DNA from: Candidatus Eiseniibacteriota bacterium
Lineage (GTDB): Bacteria; ARS69
Direction: 5' to 3'
Assembly: GCA_052390515.1 (NCBI GenBank)
Contig: JBQTGV010000036.1
Location: 20,779 to 84,778 of the forward strand
Length of the DNA: 64,000 nt
In this document: positions 58,125-64,000 of the stretch, in pieces
How positions within the stretch are numbered: the first letter of the stretch is position 1
How the letters are laid out: the number at the start of each line of letters is the position of its first letter
Program-made: the position numbers and the translations under genes
The notes under the pieces: generated by a model
Databases searched by the model: none
Told to the model about the DNA's origin: nothing
The model's input: only the letters and a program-made list of their open reading frames with translations

Positions 58125-59336
58125 TCAAGGCGACCGGCGCTGCGCCGCGACGTGCTCCAGGATTCCCTCCAGCCGATCGATCGCGGCGGTCCACGAGAAA
58201 CTCTGCTCGACGAGCGCGCGTCCCGCGGCGGCGAGACAACGGGCGGCGGCCCGATCGCCGAGCAGCCTCGCGACCTCGCCGGTGAACGCCTCTTCGCCGT
58301 CGGCGATCGAAGCGTGGACGCCGCTCTCGATGGGCAGCCCCTCGGCGCCGAGCGCCGTGGACACCAGCGGGCGCTCGTTCGCCAGCGCCTCGAGGATCTT
58401 GAGGCGCACGCCGCCGCCCACCCGCAGCGGCGCCACGACGACGGCCGCGGCGCGCACCGTGGCCGCCGCGTCCTCGACGAACCCGAGCACGCGGATCCCG
58501 AGGCGCCCATCGGCCAGTGACCGGGTGTGTCCGGCCGGGTCCTGACCGGCGATCGTCAGCACGGCGTCCGGCCGGAGCGCACGCACGCGCGGCCAGATGG
58601 AGCGGGCCAGCCAGCGCGCCGCGTCCACGTTCGGCGGATAGCGGTAGGTGGCGAGGAAGAGGACGGAGGCGTCGTCCGCGGGCGGCGGAATGGCTTCGCC
58701 CGGATACGTGACGATGCCCGGTGCGCAGGCCGAGACGTGCGCCCCGGGACAGCGCCTCGCGATCTCCTTCGCGTCGTCCTCCGACAACGTCAGCACGCGG
58801 TCGGCGTTCTTCCATGCGCGCTGCTCGGCTTCCTCGACGCGCGGTCCCTCCCACCGTGCACCGAGGCGAAGGAGCGGACGGCCGTCGTTCGCCGCGAACC
58901 GTCGGAAGACCTGCGACTCGACGTTGAGCTCGTGGAGCACGACCGGAACGGCCGGAGCCACGCGGCGCACCACCGGCAGCAGGTAGGCCGTGAACACGGT
59001 GTCGAGGAAGACGAGATCTGCGTGCGTCTCGAGCGCTCTCGCCATCGCCGCCGAGACCTCGGCGAAGCCGTGCCGTCGCACGCGCAAGCTCTGCCCCCGC
59101 GCGAGCGCCCCGACCGCCTCCCTCCAGAGGCCGCGCACCGGCACGGGCACGGCGCGCACGGCGGCGACCTGCTCGAGGTGCGGGACGTTCGCCGGATCCT
59201 CGGGCCGGCGGATCGGCACCACGAGCTCCAGCCCGTGCCCGCGCTCGGCGAGCCCCTTCACCTGGTTCCAGTTGACGGAGCGCGCGCCGTCGATCGGTGG
59301 ATACGGAAGGAAGGGCGAGGTGTAGACGATCCTCAT
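58125..59336 (-). CDS. GT4 glycosyltransferase
   Basis: PYPPIDG, YPPNVDA and GGGVRLKILEALA. Confidence 0.92.
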   Translation of the reverse strand: MRIVYTSPFLPYPPIDGARSVNWNQVKGLAERGHGLELVVPIRRPEDPANVPHLEQVAAVRAVPVPVRGLWREAVGALARGQSLRVRRHGFAEVSAAMARALETHADLVFLDTVFTAYLLPVVRRVAPAVPVVLHELNVESQVFRRFAANDGRPLLRLGARWEGPRVEEAEQRAWKNADRVLTLSEDDAKEIARRCPGAHVSACAPGIVTYPGEAIPPPADDASVLFLATYRYPPNVDAARWLARSIWPRVRALRPDAVLTIAGQDPAGHTRSLADGRLGIRVLGFVEDAAATVRAAAVVVAPLRVGGGVRLKILEALANERPLVSTALGAEGLPIESGVHASIADGEEAFTGEVARLLGDRAAARCLAAAGRALVEQSFSWTAAIDRLEGILEHVAAQRRSP

Positions 59337-60496
59337 CGGGCCGGCTCGGGGATCAGCCTCACCAGTGCGTCGACCACCTGGGACGACTCGATGGGATCGA
59401 GACAGCGGGCGCTTCCCCAGATGCAGTGGCGCTGCGCGCAGGGTGAACAGTCCCGGCGTCGCCAGAGGGCTGCGCTCTTCGCGCCGAGCGGTCCGAAGCG
59501 CTCCGGGCTCGTCGGCCCGAAGATGCCGACGGTGACCGCTCCCTGCGCCACGGCAAGATGCATGAGCCCTCCGTCGTTCGCCACGGCGCCCGCCGCTCGG
59601 GAAAGCACGGCCGCGGTCACCGGCAGCGTGCACTCTCCGGCGAGGTTTCGCTCCGGGCGAAGCCCCGCCGCCTCGGCGATCTCCGCCGAGACGCGCCGGT
59701 CGTCCGGTCCTCCGATCAGGTACGCGGCGAAGCCTCTTCGCTCCAGCTCGCGGACGACGTCGGCGAAGCGCGCCGCCGGCCACCTGCGGAACTCCCACGT
59801 CGCGCCGGCGTGGACCGCCACGACGGGACGCTCCCCGGGCCAGCCCCTGGCGAGGAGCCGGGAGGCCTCGGCGCGCTCCGCGTCGCTGGCGACGACACCC
59901 TGCGGGACGATCGGACGCGGCGGCGCCATGCCGAGCGCGCCGTAGAACACGTCGGTGGCGTGCGTGTCCAGCAGGCCAGTGTTCCCGCGGAGCATGGCCC
60001 GCACCTTCTCGCGGAGGCGGAACGAGCCCACGTCCCGGCGGTGCCGCGAAGGGCGGCGCAGCGCCTCGATCGTCGCGGCGGGATCGTTCGTCAGATCGAT
60101 GACGAGATCCCAATTCCGGGCCAGCGCCTCGCGGAGTCGGGCCGGCGGCGACGTCGGCCGCCGCCGCGCGTACCGCGGGCTGTCGAACGCGTGCACCTCA
60201 CGGACCCACGGCACGCGCTCGGCGAGCGAGACCAGGCCCGAGCCGACGACGAATCCGATCTCTGCGTTCGGTTCGCTCGTGGCGAAGTCGCGAACGGCGG
60301 GCAGGCAGAGCAGGAAGTCCCCGATGTGATCGGTCTTGATCACCAGGATGCGGCGGAGCGTTCCCTTCGGCCAATTCGCCGCGTGACGCCCCGTGGCGAA
60401 CGCGGAGGCCGCGTACCACGCGTAACCGGAGAGGGTCTCCCAGAAGAGCAGCGCGGAGAGCGACGCCGGCTGCGGATGCGTGCCTCGCGGTGTCAG
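59333..60496 (-). CDS. GT9 heptosyltransferase-like glycosyltransferase
   Basis: ILVIKTDHIGD, RRWP, NDGGLMHLA and FGPT; probable CTG start at 60496. Confidence 0.9.
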   Translation of the reverse strand: MTPRGTHPQPASLSALLFWETLSGYAWYAASAFATGRHAANWPKGTLRRILVIKTDHIGDFLLCLPAVRDFATSEPNAEIGFVVGSGLVSLAERVPWVREVHAFDSPRYARRRPTSPPARLREALARNWDLVIDLTNDPAATIEALRRPSRHRRDVGSFRLREKVRAMLRGNTGLLDTHATDVFYGALGMAPPRPIVPQGVVASDAERAEASRLLARGWPGERPVVAVHAGATWEFRRWPAARFADVVRELERRGFAAYLIGGPDDRRVSAEIAEAAGLRPERNLAGECTLPVTAAVLSRAAGAVANDGGLMHLAVAQGAVTVGIFGPTSPERFGPLGAKSAALWRRRDCSPCAQRHCIWGSARCLDPIESSQVVDALVRLIPEPAR

Positions 60497-61746
60497 GTCC
60501 TCAGACCCTTGCGGAGATCCGCGGCCACGCGGTGGAGCGCGGCGTACCTCTCCGGATCCCGGCGGATGCGGTCGAAGACTTCGAGCCCGTAGGCGAGCGC
60601 CACGGAGAAGAGGGCGGCCGCGGCCGTGACGGTGAGCACGAGGATCGTACGGCGCGGGCGGAAGCGCCGCTCCGGCGGAACCGCCGCGTCCAGCACCCGC
60701 ACCGTCGGCAGGGACCTTCGCTCCTCGATGCGCGCGCGGTGGTACTGCTCGGTCAACAAGGAGACGACGGCTTCCTCGGTCTTGACTTCGCGGAGGAACC
60801 GGCCGAAGCGGAGACCCAGCGCCGGCACCTTGGAGAGCGGCGGGAACGCGTCGCGGTCGACGACGTCGCCGTGATCGCCGTTGGTGCCCTGGCCGGGCGG
60901 CACGTCGCCGGGCTCGACCTGCGCCAGCGCGGCTTCGGGCTCGCCTTCCATCTCCGAGAGGCGTAGGCGCAGCTCACTCAGGTAATCCCGCGCGCGCTGC
61001 ACCTCGGGGTGCGACGCGCCCCGGGATCGGAGCAGCACGCCGAGCTCCACCTCCGCGGCGACGATCTCCCCGCGGATGCGCGCCGCCGCGGCGATCACCG
61101 CCTTGGCCTGCTCGGTCACCTCGATCGCTCCGTAGTCCTCCTGGAACGCTCGCAAGGAGTCCTCCGCTCCGGCGAGTCGCCCCTTCGCGCCGGCCAGCTC
61201 GGTCTCCACGAACTCGCGGACGGCGGTGGCTTCGCGGTTCGCCAGCGTGCGGTTCACGCGGTCCAGCTCCTCGACGTACGCGTTCGCCAGCCGTGCGGCG
61301 AGATCCGGACTGCTGCCCACCGCCGCGATCTGGATCGTCCCGTCGGCGGTCGTGGTGACCTGAGTGCTGCGTTGCAGCCGGCCGATCGCCCGCGCGAGCG
61401 TCTTCGCCCCGTACTCCTCCTGCAGGCCGAAGCGTCCCACGAGACTCTCGGCGACGTTCCGGCTCTCCAGGATGGCGACGAAGATGTCGGTCGGCGTGGC
61501 CAGCGGGCGAAGGGAGAAGCTGCGAAGGCCGGCGCCGATCCCCTCGAGCCCGCCCGGCACGAAGAGCGGGTTGTCCATGCGCCGCTCGGGGGGAAGCAGC
61601 GTGGTCGTGGCGCGCCAGCTCTTCGGCCAGAGCAGCGCGGCCGCGACAGAGCCGACGATGGCGGCTCCGACGATCCAGGTGATGAGCCGGCGTCTCCGCA
61701 CCAGCGGAAGGACGAAGTCGGAGAGCCCTATCCCTGCGTCGGACAA
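60493..61746 (-). CDS. Wzz/GumC-like polysaccharide co-polymerase
   Basis: Two terminal TM helices, a central coiled coil, VLDAAVPPERRFRPRR. Confidence 0.88.
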   Translation of the reverse strand: MSDAGIGLSDFVLPLVRRRRLITWIVGAAIVGSVAAALLWPKSWRATTTLLPPERRMDNPLFVPGGLEGIGAGLRSFSLRPLATPTDIFVAILESRNVAESLVGRFGLQEEYGAKTLARAIGRLQRSTQVTTTADGTIQIAAVGSSPDLAARLANAYVEELDRVNRTLANREATAVREFVETELAGAKGRLAGAEDSLRAFQEDYGAIEVTEQAKAVIAAAARIRGEIVAAEVELGVLLRSRGASHPEVQRARDYLSELRLRLSEMEGEPEAALAQVEPGDVPPGQGTNGDHGDVVDRDAFPPLSKVPALGLRFGRFLREVKTEEAVVSLLTEQYHRARIEERRSLPTVRVLDAAVPPERRFRPRRTILVLTVTAAAALFSVALAYGLEVFDRIRRDPERYAALHRVAADLRKGLRT

Positions 61747-61818
61747 CGGATTCCTCCCGAGACCGCGGCGGATCGTAGCACGGGGGGAGGTGGACCGGAA
61801 CGCGCCTTGGGACCGGCT

Positions 61819-62769
61819 TCAGGGTCGTGGGGAGCCGCCGGGTCCGGCCACGGTCAGGACGTACAGCCCGCGCTGGTGAGCGAGCCGTTCGAGAGAGCGG
61901 CCCTCGAAGCGGCGGTCCAGCCGGAAGCCGGATCGAAGCTGCGCCAAGGCCGCTGCATTCGTGAGGTACTTGGACTCGACGACCTCCATGGCCTCCTCGG
62001 CGAAGGTCGCCTCGAAGTCGTCGGATCTCAGGCGATTGTGGTAGGCGAACTGGTTGCCCGCGAGGAGCGTCCACTCGTCGTCGGAGAACTGGAGGAAGTT
62101 GACGGTGGTGATCGAGGGGTCGACGGCGGAGAAGTGGTCGGAGAAATCGACGAGATCCACCAGGATCCCGCCGCCGGCGAGGACCCGCCTGGCCTCGCGA
62201 AGGATTCGGCGAATGTCGTCCGGCGCCACGTGCTCGAGCACCGATCGCGAGGTGTGGATGTCGAAGGAGCCGTCCGGAACCGGTAGTGCGCCGGCGTCGC
62301 TCGGAGCAATGTACTCCGTGCCGATGGTCTCGAGGATCGAGCCGAGTGGGTGGTCGACGACAGCAGCCAAGCGCTCCAGCCTGTCGCTCCGGGCGGGGGT
62401 AGCGGCGCAAGTGCGAAGGACGCGCTCTCGGTCGTCGATCAAGGACCGAAGGTCTTCGCGCACCAGCTCGGGTCGCAAGTATCGGTGGACATCCACCGTT
62501 GTGATGCGAGCGGCGCCGAGCAGCCACCAAGCGGTCGGGACCATCAGCCGATGCCCCGTACCCACGTCCAGAACGGAGGCGCCGGACACCGCGGCTCCGT
62601 GACGTTCCACGGCGTTGGCCATCTCTGCGACTTCGGCGAGGTGACTCCATGGTTCGAGGGAGCGAAAGGCGCCGAAGCGCCTCTGGATGTGATAGTAGAC
62701 TGGCTCCCGCACGAAACGGGGCAGCGCACCGACGAGCCTCTGGATCCGAGCCTTTGCCGTCCAGTTCAT
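61819..62769 (-). CDS. Class I SAM-dependent methyltransferase
   Basis: VLDVGTG, SRSVLEHV, DFSDH and NRLR. Confidence 0.85.
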   Translation of the reverse strand: MNWTAKARIQRLVGALPRFVREPVYYHIQRRFGAFRSLEPWSHLAEVAEMANAVERHGAAVSGASVLDVGTGHRLMVPTAWWLLGAARITTVDVHRYLRPELVREDLRSLIDDRERVLRTCAATPARSDRLERLAAVVDHPLGSILETIGTEYIAPSDAGALPVPDGSFDIHTSRSVLEHVAPDDIRRILREARRVLAGGGILVDLVDFSDHFSAVDPSITTVNFLQFSDDEWTLLAGNQFAYHNRLRSDDFEATFAEEAMEVVESKYLTNAAALAQLRSGFRLDRRFEGRSLERLAHQRGLYVLTVAGPGGSPRP

Positions 62770-62907
62770 ATCCGGCCGGGACTCTAGGTCCACCTGCCCG
62801 GCGGGACAACGCTGATTGGAGTCCCGGTCGTGCCCAGGGCTCGATTCCCGTAAACTGTCGAACCGCAGTACTCTCCCGGCGGTATGCCTGGGAGGAAGGA
62901 TGCGCAC

Positions 62908-63909
62908 GTGAGCTCGTCGACGAACGGCGAAGCACCGGCGATCTCGGTCGTGATCCCCGTACGGAACGCGCCGGACGACCTCGCCCGCTGTCTCGAGACA
63001 CTCGCGCGGCAGTCGGTGGACCCCGCGGCGTTCGAGGTGCTGGTGCTCGATGACGGCTCCGACGACGCCACGCCGGACGTGGGACAGCGGCTCGGCGCGC
63101 GAGTCATCCGACAGCAGCGGCTCGGGGCGGCGGCGGCGCGCAACCGCGGCGTGCGCGAGGCGCGCGGCGAGATCGTCCTGTTCCTGGACGCGGACTGCGA
63201 GGCGGACCCGCGCTGGATCGAGGAGATCAGCCACCCCTTGCGGGAAAAGAGCGGAGTCGAGGGCGCAGTCGGGAAGTACGACACCACGCAGTCCGCGCTC
63301 GTCGCGCGCTTCGTGCAGCTCGAGATCGAAGCGCGCTACGAGAGGATGCAGGCGCGCGACCGCATCGACTTCCTCAACTCGGGGAACTGCGCGTTCCGCC
63401 GGCAGACGCTGCTGAACTACCCCTTCGACGAGAGCTTCCACCGGCTGGAGGACGTGGAGCTGTCCTTCCGGCTCGCGCAGGACGGGCACGCGATGATCTT
63501 CGTGCCGACGGCGAGCGTCTGTCACCGGCACCCCAGGACGGTCGCCGGCCTGCTTCGCCGCAAGTTCAACTACGCGCGCTACGCCATGCCGCTCTACCGG
63601 CGCTACCCGGTCAAGGCCATCGTGGATTCCAGCACGCCGCAAGAGCGCCGTGCGCGGCTCGTGCTCCTGGCGGCGGCGGTGGTGACGGCACCCGGTGCCT
63701 TGATTCATCCGATGTTCGGTTGGGTGGCGCTTGCCGCGCTGGCGGGCTCGATCGCCCTGTCGTTCGGGGTCATCGTGCGTGCGTTCCGGCAGTCGCCGCG
63801 CTTCGGTTTCGCCGCCGTGGGGCTCGTGGCGCTCGGGAATCTGGCGTTCCTCGCGGGCGTGGCACGCGGGATTCTCACTGGCCGCGCGCCGGAGGCGAAC
63901 CCGGCGTGA
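62908..63909 (+). CDS. GT2 glycosyltransferase with C-terminal TM helices
   Basis: ISVVIP, DDGSDD, AARNRG, FLDAD and EDVELSFR; alternative start 62884. Confidence 0.92.
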   Translation: MSSSTNGEAPAISVVIPVRNAPDDLARCLETLARQSVDPAAFEVLVLDDGSDDATPDVGQRLGARVIRQQRLGAAAARNRGVREARGEIVLFLDADCEADPRWIEEISHPLREKSGVEGAVGKYDTTQSALVARFVQLEIEARYERMQARDRIDFLNSGNCAFRRQTLLNYPFDESFHRLEDVELSFRLAQDGHAMIFVPTASVCHRHPRTVAGLLRRKFNYARYAMPLYRRYPVKAIVDSSTPQERRARLVLLAAAVVTAPGALIHPMFGWVALAALAGSIALSFGVIVRAFRQSPRFGFAAVGLVALGNLAFLAGVARGILTGRAPEANPA

Positions 63910-64000
63910 GGCGCGTGAGACCCTCCTTGCGGGGCATCTATCAGAGCATCCACGCGCGCACTCCTCCGCAGCTGAAGCGGTCGGTTCGCGGCGCACTCGA
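63906..64000 (+). CDS. 5' end of the next gene (partial)
   Basis: GTGA overlap with the GT2 stop; frame stays open to the window edge. Confidence 0.45.
   Translation, partial: MRRVRPSLRGIYQSIHARTPPQLKRSVRGAL

Noticed and set aside
61819-63996. 725-aa minus-strand ORF
   Set aside because: Only 61819-62769 resembles a protein; the rest is the antisense shadow of the GT2 gene
63940-64000. CGCAGCTGAAGCGG as an attC right arm
   Set aside because: It lies within the open frame starting at GTG63906 and lacks GTTRRRY

Overview
High-GC bacterial chromosomal window with a diderm envelope, judged from a GT9, a Wzz-like protein and a TonB-C lipoprotein. An FCB-superphylum-like host is my inference only. 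All family calls come from motif recognition; no database search was run. (1) 1-33.9 kb is an accessory array of about 47 short + strand ORFs, many joined by 4-nt stop/start overlaps. It holds VOC, GNAT, SAM-methyltransferase, DinB, cupin, OsmC, alpha/beta-hydrolase, ArsR-SRPBCC, Ser/Thr kinase, class II photolyase, TerC, SulP and sulfotransferase genes, interrupted by one - strand LytS/LytTR module. The array contains five gene remnants, three of them in-frame internal deletions that keep their start and a stop, plus two apparent neighbour fusions. (2) 34-40 kb holds an FGGY kinase, DUF2277-ATL-selD-radical SAM-hydrolase and a B3/4 protein. (3) 40-46 kb is a polyphosphate cluster, with ppk1 (Pho-box-like repeat upstream) converging on CHAD-sixA-ppx. 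(4) 46-54 kb is a PyrR-attenuated operon, pyrR-B-C-[TPR/TonB-C lipoprotein]-K-D-F-E. (5) 54-64 kb holds a degenerate M50 protease, a CPBP protease, a ~180-nt intergenic hairpin and surface-glycan genes. I saw no rRNA, tRNA, CRISPR array, integrase or transposase.
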